Assembly: GCA_963665815.1 (NCBI GenBank)
Contig: OY762463.1
Location: 2,656,001 to 2,720,000 of the forward strand
Source of the DNA: Candidatus Cloacimonadales bacterium
GTDB lineage: Bacteria > Cloacimonadota > Cloacimonadia > Cloacimonadales > JAIOQZ01
DNA: 64,000 bases
Direction: 5' to 3'
Numbering within the stretch: position 1 is the first letter of the stretch; each line of letters begins with the position of its first letter. The notes under the pieces were generated by a model. It made no database searches, was not told the DNA's origin, and saw only the letters and a program-made list of their open reading frames with translations. This document shows, piece after piece, positions 9,869 to 20,313 of this stretch. The position numbers were made by a program, and so were the translations under genes.

Positions 9869-11875
9869 TTATTTATTGTCTTTATAGTAATCATGACTTT
9901 CCATTTCGAAAAAGTAATCAGCCAACTCCATAAGTAATTGAGAATTACTTGGAACATAAGATTTTGGAAACTCTTCGGGCAAGTATTCATATAAAATTTC
10001 GATGAATTTAAAATTAGCAGATAAAAAATGCATATTATTCAGTTCACACTTAATGAGCTCAATAGCCTTTATTGTATTTTTTTTGTTTATTCTTAGAATA
10101 TCATTGTTTGAATTTGTTATTTCTATATTTAGATTTGATTCCAAATAAGATGCATCATTGCAAGTATAAAAACATGGATATTTTTGGCTCAAGGAATCAA
10201 GTCTATCCAGTATATTGATATGGAATTCTCTTAGTTCCTTGATTTTGCACTTTTTCTCAGATGAACTTAGTCCTTGAATTTTCTTGTAAGCCAACTTCAA
10301 GTAATTCTTAATATCTTCTCTGGAGAAATCTGGTAAATCTAGAGTGCATTTTTTTAACTGGTTATTACTTAAGATTTGTAAAGCTGCTAAAAGTTTTGCT
10401 GTGTTGTGCTTCTTCCTGAAAAGAACTGATTTATCATCACAGTTAACTACTAAATCAGTGAGTTTCATTTTTTGGTGTTTAATTTCATAAGTTAACTTAG
10501 TATATCGGCAGTTCATGTCCTGAATATCAGGAATGACTTGTACTTGCATAGATTTCAATGGATACGATAGAAATCTTTCGAAGGGATCTTGATATATATA
10601 CTCTTCAATTTCCCCAGTATCAATATTATATTTGTAATTATTGATTTCACCATCCCACAATATTGCAGTCGAGTCACTCAAAATGTTTATATCTCTTATA
10701 TTAAAATCAAGCTTATCTAACCTGTACCAGGTATTATTCTCTTTTATCAGCAGGAAACCATCTCTAAAACCCCAGATTCTTGAATCTGAGTCTTTTGCTC
10801 TTTTTAAATAGGGAACCTCAATATCAATATCATTTGATAAACGATGGAATTTAACCTTTTTCTTATCATTGATTGAGTAAAAACCGAATCCACCACTGAG
10901 AATATAATATTTGTCTTTATACTTTGAAAATTTCGATAACTTGTTCCCAAAACCATAATTATCTGCAATACAAGCAGATTCATTTATTGAATCATCTAAT
11001 GTGCTAAAGCTGTGCAGATTGAAATGTTTATATTGTAACAATATAGTATGATGCATTTTATCTATAATAAAATAATTGACATCTTTGTATTCCTGCCAGC
11101 TTAATGAATCTAACTCCGTGTAGAATACTCTTCTATTATACTCTACAATGATCTGATTATCGTACACAGCACATTCTTTATGAAGTTTATCATAATGATT
11201 TTTTTTAAAATAGTGGTTATCATCATCAAAGGGAATTAGAATTTTATCATAGGTTTCCCAATTATCTCTTGTTAACAAAAGAACATTACTTCCATCTTTC
11301 TTTACTACACCTAAAGTATCATCCTGCATAAATAACCTGTACTCAATGAACTTGCTGTAACTTCTGCCTTCAGGAATATGCTTCTTTATCCAATTCAAAC
11401 CATAATCTGAAGAATATAGGATATCATTATATAAGCTTACAATCCAAATATTACCGGAAGTATCATAATCTAGGTCTACTACATCTCTGACATTGTAATC
11501 CCAGTTTCTAAGATTCCATGATTTTCCTCCATCATCAGTAATGAGATAACCAAAAGCTATATCATCAATACCGGATATATAGCCAGTAATAATTCCTCTA
11601 AGGCTGTCAAAAAATGTTATATTCTTAATTGTGTTAAAAGTGCCTTTAACACCTCTGATTGAATCACAGAAATTTTCATAAATTTTACATTCTTCACTTT
11701 TATCGTCGGTAACTATAAGATCATAGTCATCTACTGCCCATATTTTTCCATTTTCAGTTATAGTAAAATCATTAATCTTCTCGTATTTAAACAACCCCCG
11801 AGTATCTTTCTCGTGGCAAAAAACAGATAAAATAAAGATTCCAAGAAGAAATGATAAAATAAACCTTTTTTGCAT
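9869..11875 (-). CDS. Secreted BNR/Asp-box (Ycf48-like) beta-propeller protein
   Basis: Signal peptide and Asp-box repeats ITDDGGKSW, YSSDYGLNW and TRDNWET; very AT-rich. Confidence 0.7.
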   Translation of the reverse strand: MQKRFILSFLLGIFILSVFCHEKDTRGLFKYEKINDFTITENGKIWAVDDYDLIVTDDKSEECKIYENFCDSIRGVKGTFNTIKNITFFDSLRGIITGYISGIDDIAFGYLITDDGGKSWNLRNWDYNVRDVVDLDYDTSGNIWIVSLYNDILYSSDYGLNWIKKHIPEGRSYSKFIEYRLFMQDDTLGVVKKDGSNVLLLTRDNWETYDKILIPFDDDNHYFKKNHYDKLHKECAVYDNQIIVEYNRRVFYTELDSLSWQEYKDVNYFIIDKMHHTILLQYKHFNLHSFSTLDDSINESACIADNYGFGNKLSKFSKYKDKYYILSGGFGFYSINDKKKVKFHRLSNDIDIEVPYLKRAKDSDSRIWGFRDGFLLIKENNTWYRLDKLDFNIRDINILSDSTAILWDGEINNYKYNIDTGEIEEYIYQDPFERFLSYPLKSMQVQVIPDIQDMNCRYTKLTYEIKHQKMKLTDLVVNCDDKSVLFRKKHNTAKLLAALQILSNNQLKKCTLDLPDFSREDIKNYLKLAYKKIQGLSSSEKKCKIKELREFHINILDRLDSLSQKYPCFYTCNDASYLESNLNIEITNSNNDILRINKKNTIKAIELIKCELNNMHFLSANFKFIEILYEYLPEEFPKSYVPSNSQLLMELADYFFEMESHDYYKDNK

Positions 11876-11943
11876 TACACATCCCAGTATTAATTTAATT
11901 TAAAAAAGATTGCAAAGAAATATATGTCAATATAAAATAATTC

Positions 11944-12440
11944 AGGGATACCCCCATTTTTAAAAAAGTATGTCATCAGAAATTCAATGTGTGTTATTAT
12001 ACTTTCATTTCTTTTCTACGGAAAAGAAAGCACTTTTTATGCTTTCCTTCGGAAGCGCATTCACAAAGAAAACTCCCCATAGTGTTTCCGAAGGTGACTG
12101 AGGAAATACCAGAGAAACGGTCGAAAGATTATTTAAGAAACTTATTCATCTTGGGCTTTGTTAGGCTCGCTGCAAAGCTATATTATTTCGTAAAATAGCT
12201 CAATCATGGGCTTCTCGCAATACATTAAATTATATCATTAGCTCGGACAGGTAACAAAGCCTGTTCAAGATTCACCTCATTTCTTCGAGACAATAATCTT
12301 TCTCAAATGTGGGTCTTTACAAAGATTATTAGAGTTTCTTCAAAACCTGTTAGTTGTTAAATTTTACTATTTACAGGTAATAAATATCTATATTACAATC
12401 AATTGCATTATAATGGAAATATAATTTTGGGGGTATGCCT
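11944..12440. mobile_element. MITE-like non-autonomous structured element (copy A)
   Basis: Terminal inverted repeats AGGGATACCCCCA / TGGGGGTATGCCT (12/13). Flanking direct repeat AAAATAATTC at 11934-11943 and 12443-12452. Nested internal inverted repeats; no transposase. Confidence 0.65.
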
Positions 12441-12485
12441 CAAAAATAATTCTTTACAATTCGCTTTTTTTTACATTTAACCTAC

Positions 12486-12522
12486 TAAGTAATCCTTAAC
12501 AACTGAAAAATCTTGTAATTCA
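12486..12522 (-). pseudogene. Micro-fragment of a RhuM-like gene
   Basis: 23 bp (12486-12508) identical to rhuM 9512-9534. Translates ELQDFSVVKDYL versus ELGSISVVKDYL. Confidence 0.6.
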
Positions 12523-12537
12523 AATCAACCGAGCCTA

Positions 12538-12813
12538 CTAATTATTTATCTCAATCACCTTATTATCAATTAGTGTTTTTAGTATATCAAGCACTTCATT
12601 TTCATCTTCCTGATCAATTCCGGATTCAGTCATTAATTGTTTGATCTGTTCAGGTTCGGCAGTTGGAAATGGTAAGTTAAACAGGAATTTTCCCTGAGCA
12701 CGGGTCAGGTTTATTCTCCATTCTTTTTTCTTTCTACCATCTCCTTAGAATATCGAAATAGCAGTAATATAGTCGTTGTTTCTTCTTAGATGAAACTGCA
12801 CATCTTTGTTCTG
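12538..12813 (-). pseudogene. 3' remnant of an unknown gene
   Basis: Reading frame QNKDVQFHLRRNNDYITAISIF*GDGRKKKEWRINLTRAQGKFLFNLPFP...LIDNKVIEINN* with an in-frame TAA at 12745-12747 and no start codon. Confidence 0.55.
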
Positions 12814-12912
12814 TCATGTGTTGACCAATATTACTGACAGTTAATGCAAATAAAAAAAGACCACTCTCTTCAGAATGATCTTCTATTAAATTATGAATAT
12901 AGTACCAGTTTA

Positions 12913-13671
12913 TTATTTCCAGTATTTCAATTTGTACTTTGTCAGCAGTTTTTTAAGTTCTCCATTTTCTTCCATTTTTTTTATTCCCTTCGTAAGGATT
13001 TCAGCATATTCTTTTGATTTAGGATTCTTTGGAGAAAAGGCAATATATATTTTGTTTCCCTGAGAAGGACTACCGGCAGACTTCACTTTTTCCGTTAGAT
13101 TTATCTCAGCTATTTTTTGAGCCGCAACATTTCTGTCTTCCACGAAAACATCAATTCTGCCGCTAACCAGCTTCTTTATATTCATTTCAAGAGGATTCGA
13201 TCCAAAAACAAAATCAACATTTTTCGAGTTTTTGCTGAAATACTCATCCAGTTCATCGCCATACGAGTAATCTTTTATCAACCCGATTTTCTTATTATCA
13301 AGAGAATTTAATCCAGAATACTGCCATTTTGAGTCCACTTTAACGAAGAACTCATTAATAGAATATCCAAATTCAACATCAGGATAAATGAAATCAGGAG
13401 CATCTTCTTTAAAAGCACCAATAACAGCAGTATATTGACCATTTCTGGTTGTCTGAACAGCTCTGTTCCATGGGATCACTTCGTATTTGACAGTGTGTCC
13501 TGCTTCCTTAAAAATCATCTCAGCCAATTCAATTCCATATCCAGGTTTATCTGATTTTGGTACCCCATTATAAGGCATCCACTCATCGGCAGCTATTGTG
13601 ATAACGTCAGAAAAAATATTCAATGCTGTAAGCATCATCAGGCAAATTAGAACTAATGTTATTTTTTTCAT
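12913..13671 (-). CDS. Family 3 extracellular solute-binding protein (orphan)
   Basis: Signal peptide, WMPY, PWNRA, GRIDVFVED and YIAFS motifs. Confidence 0.88.
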   Translation of the reverse strand: MKKITLVLICLMMLTALNIFSDVITIAADEWMPYNGVPKSDKPGYGIELAEMIFKEAGHTVKYEVIPWNRAVQTTRNGQYTAVIGAFKEDAPDFIYPDVEFGYSINEFFVKVDSKWQYSGLNSLDNKKIGLIKDYSYGDELDEYFSKNSKNVDFVFGSNPLEMNIKKLVSGRIDVFVEDRNVAAQKIAEINLTEKVKSAGSPSQGNKIYIAFSPKNPKSKEYAEILTKGIKKMEENGELKKLLTKYKLKYWK

Positions 13672-13868
13672 TGCATACTCCTTACTTAAGTTACATCATG
13701 TATAATGATAAACTAACAAAACATATGCAAAAGCCCAGATATAAAGTATATTACAAAAAAAACGTACTCTTAGTATTCTAAATATACTCCAGCTTTGCAA
13801 TCTCGTGAATCTACATTTTCATCATTTCAGTTTTTTACGATAAAATGATATCGCCTGAAACTCCATCT

Positions 13869-13926
13869 GCAATTAGTAAGTAGTAAGTTAAATGGAAATT
13901 GCCCCTGAGCACGGGTCAGATTTATT
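13869..13926. repeat. Degenerate direct-repeat copy of 12659-12715
   Basis: Identical 17 bp core CCCTGAGCACGGGTCAG at 12692-12708 and 13903-13919, with similar flanks. Translates INLTRAQGQFPFNL. Confidence 0.75.
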
Positions 13927-14278
13927 ATACACTTTTCTGTGTGAATGATTTGTCATTCTCATTTCATATTCTTATTGATTATCAATATATTTTACAGCGT
14001 TTTCTAACTCTGTGAGTGTCTGTAGTCACCTTTTAATGTTATAAAATGCGATCAACTATTAACAGATGTATACACAAATATGATATTGAACCACTTAGAA
14101 CATAAAAACCTCTTATGATAATTTTCTCAATTTTTGTGTAGCTTTATACTTTTGTAAAGCACTGTACACAAAGTATGCAATAGTAATAAATACTTATTAA
14201 CTCAATTGAAACTGTTACATTATGACAGAGAATGTAATCTTTTTATTTGACAAACACTTACAGCTTAAATTGATTGGT

Positions 14279-14292
14279 TTCCAATATTGGAA
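14279..14292. promoter_or_regulatory. Perfect palindrome TTCCAATATTGGAA, putative operator of the C25 protease gene
   Basis: 14 bp palindrome between a TTGACA (14247-14252) and the RBS. Confidence 0.4.
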
Positions 14293-14341
14293 TCAATATT
14301 GTTACAAAGAATGAAGTATGAAAACCAATGAGGAAGGATAA

Positions 14342-17300
14342 ATGAAAAAAACAATGATTTTCGTAATCATGTGTATTTTTGCTACACTGATTGCAGCAGA
14401 AACTATTAACATGAGCTATCATTTTGAGGCTCCAACATTCAAAACTGAAGATGGATACACGAAAGTATCTCTGAATAATTCACGTTACTTAACAAATCCG
14501 GGGCATCCTCAACTTCCTGTTCTGCCTGTTCAGATTTTACTTCCTCCGGGAAAGAAAGCTGAATCAATACGAGTTAAATCTCCGGAGACAGAAATGCTGC
14601 TGGAAAATGTTAAGGTTTACCCATCACAAAGACAATATAGAATAGGTTCAGATGATCCTTTCATTTTTGACGAACCGAATCAGGAAATATATAATTCGGA
14701 TAAAATCTATCCTGAAAATATGCACACAACCTACTCTACACAGTATTTCAAAGGTTTTTCTGTTTTTATTACAAATCTTTATCCTGTAAGATACGAACCG
14801 GAAACAGGTTCAGTACTTTTCAGTTCAGAACTTAACATAGAGATTGATCTTATTGAAGATGGAGAATCTGCAGGAGCTTTTTCAAAAATGTATAAGCAGG
14901 ATGGAAAAAGCTATATGAGAACTGCAGTAGATAATCCTGATATGGCGGATCAGTATCCTGTTGTTCTAAATGAAAGAACAGAGGTAAATGCTTATCTTAT
15001 AATTACTTCTTACAATTTTTATGGTGCATCTGGACTTCAGGATCTATATGATTTCAAAGCATCCCAGGGATATAATCCTGTAATCAAATATGTTGAAGAT
15101 ATTTATACTCAATATCAGGGATCAGACAACCAGGAGAAAATCAGAGAATGTGTTAATTACTATTATAGAAACCATGACACAAGATATGTAATTCTGGTTG
15201 GAGATGTTGCTTCTGTACCGCACAGAGGATTTTATGGTTCTACTGGAGAATCAACAGATTACGATATACCTGCCGATTACTACTATTCTGCATTAGACAG
15301 CGTGGGAACAGGTAACGGTCCTGATTTCAATAAAGATAATGATAACAAATGGGGAGAACCTGAGGAATCAGATTTTATGCCTGAAGTAGAGATTGGAAGA
15401 CTGACAGTTGACAATGCTGCTGAACTCAGTAATGCTGTAAATAAACAGATCAAGTATCACTCTGCTCCTGTAATCAGTGATCTGCTCGATGTACTCACTG
15501 TTGGAGAAAGTCTTAACAATAATCCTCAGACCTGGGGTGGTGACTATAAAGATGAAATTGTTACCAGCGGATCTTACAACGGATACTATTCCGGTGGGTT
15601 TGACAATGATTTCAATGTTTCAACCTTATATGAGAGAGACCAGTACTGGGGAGAAACTACAATAAGGAATGCTCTGAATAGCGGAGTAAACCTTGTTAAT
15701 CACCTTGGACACTCTACAACTACATATAATATGAAGTTTTATAACGGTTCTGTTACAGATAATCAACTTACGGCAAATGGAATCAACCACAATTATTTTA
15801 TATTATTCTCACAAGGGTGCTACAGCAGTGCTTTTGATGACAATGATGCTATTTCAGAAAAGTTTACAAGTATAGCCAATGGCTGTGCAATATATATTGG
15901 TAATTCACGTTATGGCTGGTATGCTCCGGGATCAACAGACGGCGGTTCACAATACTTCGATCGTCAGTTTTTTGATGCCTTCTTAAGAGAAGGTATTCAT
16001 TCAGTCGGTGGAGCATTAAATGATGCCAGAATAGAAGGAGCTTCACAAGCATACTCCGATCCGGGAATACGCTGGTGTTTTAACGAGTTAACAATTTCAG
16101 GTGATCCTTCAGTATTTGTATGGACAGATCTTCCCGGTAATCAGGATCCGATATATAGTTCCAGCATAAATATGGACGATGAAACTCTTTCCGTATTTGT
16201 TCCTAACGGTTTATCAGATGTTTCTCTGATGAACGGTGACGATGTTATTGCCTCCGTCAGAACAGATGGAGCCGGAATGGTTGATCTTGATCTGTCAGGT
16301 GGATTTTCAGAACCTGTAACGCTTGATATGATTATTACAAGTCCAAACAATTACATTCACAGAGGTACAGTTGAAGTTGTTCCTCCATCAGGACCTTATG
16401 TCTCTCTTATCAGTGCAGAAGTATCTGACGATAATGATAATCTTATTGCTGCCGGAGAAACAATTGATATAGAAGTTGAATTGAAGAATGTAGGTTCCGA
16501 CAGTGATGATTTGCAGTCTGTTTCAATAACCTGTGATAATCCTTCAGTTCAGATAATTAATGGAACAATTTCTAATATTGGAACAATCAGCAGTAATGAA
16601 ACAATAGAATTGCAGGAAAATCTTAGAATCAGAGTTTCCAGAGATTTTTACAATGAAGATCAATTTACTCTGAACTTTACTTTAACAGGGTCGAACTCAA
16701 CCTGGACATCAACCAGAACTTATACAGTTTATAAGGAAAAGATAAGAATATCCTCAATCACAATTGATAGTTCCGATAATTTAATACATGCAGGTTCAAC
16801 AGAAAATATTACAGTTGTTGTTGAGAACACAGGTGGTGTCTCAGCAAACAATATCGAAGTTGTTCTTGAAAACAATGAGCCTAATATAACTATCAACACT
16901 CAGGAACTCCAGATTCAGGAACTCGAATCCGGAAACAATACCACATTGTCATTTGAAGTTTCAACTGATTCTACAACTCCTTCAGGATACATGGCAGAGC
17001 AATATCTTGTTTGTTATCAGAATAATGTGGTAATATCATCAGAAAGTTTTGTTCTAACAGTAGATCAACCGATATTAGGTTTTGAAGAAGGTGATTTCAG
17101 TGCTTTTAACTGGATGCACAGTGGATCTCAGGACTGGGTTATTGATCAGACTTCTGCTTTCCAGGGAGCATATTCCATGAAATCAGGTCCTATCTCAGAT
17201 AACCAGACAACATCTGTTTCTTTAACAGTTAACATACTTAATTCAGGCCAGATCAGTTTCTTCAAAAGAGTATCTTGTGAAGAAGATCCTGATAACGACT

Positions 17301-18142
17301 TTGATAAATTGATATTCTATATTGATGGAAACGAGATTGCAAGATGGGACGGTGAAATACCATGGAGTGAATCTATATTTGATGTAGAAAGTGGATTCAA
17401 AACATTTAAATGGGAATACGTTAAGGATGCTTACACAGCTTCCGGAGATGACTGTGCCTGGGTTGATAATATTACCTTGCCTGCTTTTGCTGAAGGACGA
17501 GTATCGGAGCTTAGTGTAGATTCAAGAACTGTTACTCTGGTACAACCTGAGTTGAATCAATCAGTTGTACAAAATGTTGTAATACATAACACAGGTTTAT
17601 CAGATCTAATCGGATCAGCCACATGTGATTATGCCGGATTTACTTTGCTTGATGATTCTGATAATCCTGCAGATACAATACATTTTTCTATCAGTTATCG
17701 TGATTCAGCTATTGTTAAGGTTAAGTTTACTCCTGAATCAGAAGGGGAAATCTTTGCTCAGATGGATATAGAAAGCAATGACCCATTGCATTCAGTCTAT
17801 TACTTGAATCTTGTTGGTACAACAATCGAAGTAGGTAATGATGATAATGATGTCAACAGATTCTCAAACAGAGTGATAGGTAATTATCCAAACCCGTTTA
17901 ATCCTGAGACAAAGATTCAATTCTCAGTTAAGAATGATAACACACCTGTTGAAGTAAAAGTGTATAACATTAAAGGAGAACTTGTAAAAACCTTAGCAAA
18001 AGATACATTTTCTTCCGGTCAGTATTCGGTTACCTGGTATGGAAAAGACAGCAAAAATAAAACTACCGCTTCCGGTGTTTACTTTTATAAAACCGTAATT
18101 GGTAAAGAAAAATTCATTAATAAGATGATCTTATTGAAATAG
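14342..18142 (+). CDS. Secreted C25 (gingipain-like) cysteine peptidase with propeptide, Ig-like domains and a FlgD-Ig/T9SS-like CTD
   Basis: Propeptide PGHPQLP, YVILVGD, ADYYYS, EIGRL, catalytic VNHLGHS and SQGC, GDPS, and C-terminal NYPNPFNPET...ASGVYFY...KMILLK. Confidence 0.92.
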   Translation: MKKTMIFVIMCIFATLIAAETINMSYHFEAPTFKTEDGYTKVSLNNSRYLTNPGHPQLPVLPVQILLPPGKKAESIRVKSPETEMLLENVKVYPSQRQYRIGSDDPFIFDEPNQEIYNSDKIYPENMHTTYSTQYFKGFSVFITNLYPVRYEPETGSVLFSSELNIEIDLIEDGESAGAFSKMYKQDGKSYMRTAVDNPDMADQYPVVLNERTEVNAYLIITSYNFYGASGLQDLYDFKASQGYNPVIKYVEDIYTQYQGSDNQEKIRECVNYYYRNHDTRYVILVGDVASVPHRGFYGSTGESTDYDIPADYYYSALDSVGTGNGPDFNKDNDNKWGEPEESDFMPEVEIGRLTVDNAAELSNAVNKQIKYHSAPVISDLLDVLTVGESLNNNPQTWGGDYKDEIVTSGSYNGYYSGGFDNDFNVSTLYERDQYWGETTIRNALNSGVNLVNHLGHSTTTYNMKFYNGSVTDNQLTANGINHNYFILFSQGCYSSAFDDNDAISEKFTSIANGCAIYIGNSRYGWYAPGSTDGGSQYFDRQFFDAFLREGIHSVGGALNDARIEGASQAYSDPGIRWCFNELTISGDPSVFVWTDLPGNQDPIYSSSINMDDETLSVFVPNGLSDVSLMNGDDVIASVRTDGAGMVDLDLSGGFSEPVTLDMIITSPNNYIHRGTVEVVPPSGPYVSLISAEVSDDNDNLIAAGETIDIEVELKNVGSDSDDLQSVSITCDNPSVQIINGTISNIGTISSNETIELQENLRIRVSRDFYNEDQFTLNFTLTGSNSTWTSTRTYTVYKEKIRISSITIDSSDNLIHAGSTENITVVVENTGGVSANNIEVVLENNEPNITINTQELQIQELESGNNTTLSFEVSTDSTTPSGYMAEQYLVCYQNNVVISSESFVLTVDQPILGFEEGDFSAFNWMHSGSQDWVIDQTSAFQGAYSMKSGPISDNQTTSVSLTVNILNSGQISFFKRVSCEEDPDNDFDKLIFYIDGNEIARWDGEIPWSESIFDVESGFKTFKWEYVKDAYTASGDDCAWVDNITLPAFAEGRVSELSVDSRTVTLVQPELNQSVVQNVVIHNTGLSDLIGSATCDYAGFTLLDDSDNPADTIHFSISYRDSAIVKVKFTPESEGEIFAQMDIESNDPLHSVYYLNLVGTTIEVGNDDNDVNRFSNRVIGNYPNPFNPETKIQFSVKNDNTPVEVKVYNIKGELVKTLAKDTFSSGQYSVTWYGKDSKNKTTASGVYFYKTVIGKEKFINKMILLK

Positions 18143-18152
18143 AACTCAATTC

Positions 18153-18185
18153 GGGGAGGATTTTTACAGTCCTCCCCTTATTTTA
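18153..18185 (+). terminator. Rho-independent terminator
   Basis: GGGGAGGA/TCCTCCCC stem followed by a T-rich tract. Confidence 0.7.
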
Positions 18186-18187
18186 TC

Positions 18188-19444
18188 ATGAAAAACAAGC
18201 TTATACTCCCACTGTTAATACTTCTTCTTACATCCTGTGTTATTCACAGACCTCGCCCGGAACTACTTCAAAAAATAGCAATAGATTATCCTGACAGATT
18301 TTCTAAATCAGATCTTAATGAAATGCGCAAGTTTGGCTGTACATATCAATCTGCATCAGAACTGGCAGAAATGGAAAACAGCTCAGGGGAATATCTTTTC
18401 TCCGGGACTAACATTTCAAGACTTATCTTCCACAATGTTAAAATGAAAAAGATCAGGAGATTTATAAAGATAAGAGAAGATGAACTCAATTTTAGCGGTA
18501 CAGAGATCACAAGAATTATTACCAAAGAAAAATCATACAGAAAGCTGAAGAAAACTCTGAAATTGAAGCGTAATGGAGAATACATATTCAGTGAAAAATC
18601 ATTTTCAGAATATATTACTGCCGGGTATTCCTATAAACATATTCGTCCACTATTGAAGTATTCCAATAGGCTTAAATTGAAACTGTCTGTGTATCATATC
18701 ATGAGGATTCTTAATAGAAACATTAATGATATTAAATCTTTTTCTAAAATGGATAATTTTGCATTTAATGAGGAGGAATTTGTCAGATATCTTGAGGCTG
18801 GCGGTTCATTTGAGTATGCAGAAAGATTGTTTGGTGAAGGATTCTCCGGAAGAAGTATATATAGATTCAGGCAGCTTGGACTGTCAGCGAATGAGGTAAT
18901 CCGGTTTGCAGATACCGATAAACCTGATGCTGTTATTGTTTTCTCTGAGTATGATTATAATGATGAATTTGAAACCCAGGCAAGTATCAGGCTTTTCAGG
19001 GAAATATCCGAGGAATATGATTGTTTTGTCAGGATAGTGAGTTCTGAAATGGAAATTTACAGTATCCTCAATGAGTTCAGGAATATTGATTTACTATGGA
19101 TTGCCGGACATGGGATTAGAAGCGGAATAATTCTGAGTTCAGAAGCAGAGAAAATAGAATCTCCTGAATATGAAAAGTATATGCTGGATACAGGAGATAA
19201 AGAATTGAATGATATTAACATTTTTTCAAGTATTTCATCAGTTTTTCTCGATGCCTGTGAGACCGGTAAAGGAGAATCTCCAACTGTTAATTTTGCCGGA
19301 TTCATAAAAAAAATTCTGCCTGAAGCAAAGATTATTTACTCAGACAGAATCTTCTCTCACGATGAACTGATCCTGGAATCAGCTTATCCGTTAAATATCA
19401 AGTTTATTGAAAAATCTAATCAAAGTATTCCTGTAGTACCTTAA
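18188..19444 (+). CDS. Lipoprotein with putative clan CD (caspase/CHAT-like) peptidase domain
   Basis: Lipobox LLTSC. C-terminal LLWIAGHG ... VFLDACETG His/Cys dyad motifs. Confidence 0.55.
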   Translation: MKNKLILPLLILLLTSCVIHRPRPELLQKIAIDYPDRFSKSDLNEMRKFGCTYQSASELAEMENSSGEYLFSGTNISRLIFHNVKMKKIRRFIKIREDELNFSGTEITRIITKEKSYRKLKKTLKLKRNGEYIFSEKSFSEYITAGYSYKHIRPLLKYSNRLKLKLSVYHIMRILNRNINDIKSFSKMDNFAFNEEEFVRYLEAGGSFEYAERLFGEGFSGRSIYRFRQLGLSANEVIRFADTDKPDAVIVFSEYDYNDEFETQASIRLFREISEEYDCFVRIVSSEMEIYSILNEFRNIDLLWIAGHGIRSGIILSSEAEKIESPEYEKYMLDTGDKELNDINIFSSISSVFLDACETGKGESPTVNFAGFIKKILPEAKIIYSDRIFSHDELILESAYPLNIKFIEKSNQSIPVVP

Positions 19445-19482
19445 CAACCATTTACCTTCTTTCAGTGGGATGATAAATGCAT

Positions 19483-20307
19483 TTAAAACAATCTGTTGTG
19501 TAATCTATAGTCATCAGTTTGATTATTATCTGACAATGATTCCTGAATCTTTCTGAATTCTTCATGTATTTCATCACTGTCTAAGTCTTCTTTAAGAAAA
19601 GTTCTGAAATCATGTGTGTAAGTTATCTTGCTCATGGCGCAGGAAGCAACCATAAATCCGTTAACTTCATTGTAGTTCATACAGGACAGAGTAAAGGCAT
19701 ATTCATTATATGGTCTGGGAGGCCCTAGCCAGTTTCCGGGCATATCAAAAGATCTTTTAGGTGCACTGATCACTCTATTTTTTGTATAGTATTTTTTTGT
19801 ACTGCCATCCAGCCATGTTTTTTCACCCTTGATGTATTGCTGCTTTACATCACCTGCTCTGACCCAGTCCAGCTGTGCTCCATTGGCAACATCATATGAA
19901 TATGGTCCTTCAAAATTGAGTATTCTGTTAACAAGTTCCAGTTCTGTTGTAACATATGCATCACCTATATGACACTCTACATCCAGTACATGGATAGTTT
20001 CGTTATCCGGAATATCGATCAACTCAAAGTCACCTTCCCAGGAATCACTCCATTCATTGTATGAAAGAGTTATTGAGGAGTTATTCAGAACTAAGCTGAT
20101 ATTTTCATTTTGAAGAGAATTCTCATTATTATATACATTAACAATGTAAAAATTCTGTATATTTGAATAAGGTATTAAGAGGATTATATTTTGATCTCCG
20201 TTGTCATCAATTCCCGTTATTGTGTCACTGGTATTACTTTTGTCTCTGCTGTCACATCCAAGTATAACGAGAATAAGAATGAATATGAGTAATGTTAGTT
20301 TTCTCAT
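19483..20307 (-). CDS. Hypothetical lipoprotein (paralog of 20314-21063)
   Basis: Lipobox ILGC. Shares W-x-R-x3-V-x-QQY and F-x-L-x2-MNY with its neighbour. Confidence 0.75.
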   Translation of the reverse strand: MRKLTLLIFILILVILGCDSRDKSNTSDTITGIDDNGDQNIILLIPYSNIQNFYIVNVYNNENSLQNENISLVLNNSSITLSYNEWSDSWEGDFELIDIPDNETIHVLDVECHIGDAYVTTELELVNRILNFEGPYSYDVANGAQLDWVRAGDVKQQYIKGEKTWLDGSTKKYYTKNRVISAPKRSFDMPGNWLGPPRPYNEYAFTLSCMNYNEVNGFMVASCAMSKITYTHDFRTFLKEDLDSDEIHEEFRKIQESLSDNNQTDDYRLHNRLF

Positions 20308-20313
20308 ACTATT

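Noticed and set aside
11989-12198. 69 aa ORF inside MITE-like element A
   Set aside because: It has a GTG start and no RBS, and lies across nested inverted repeats; it is better explained as non-coding.
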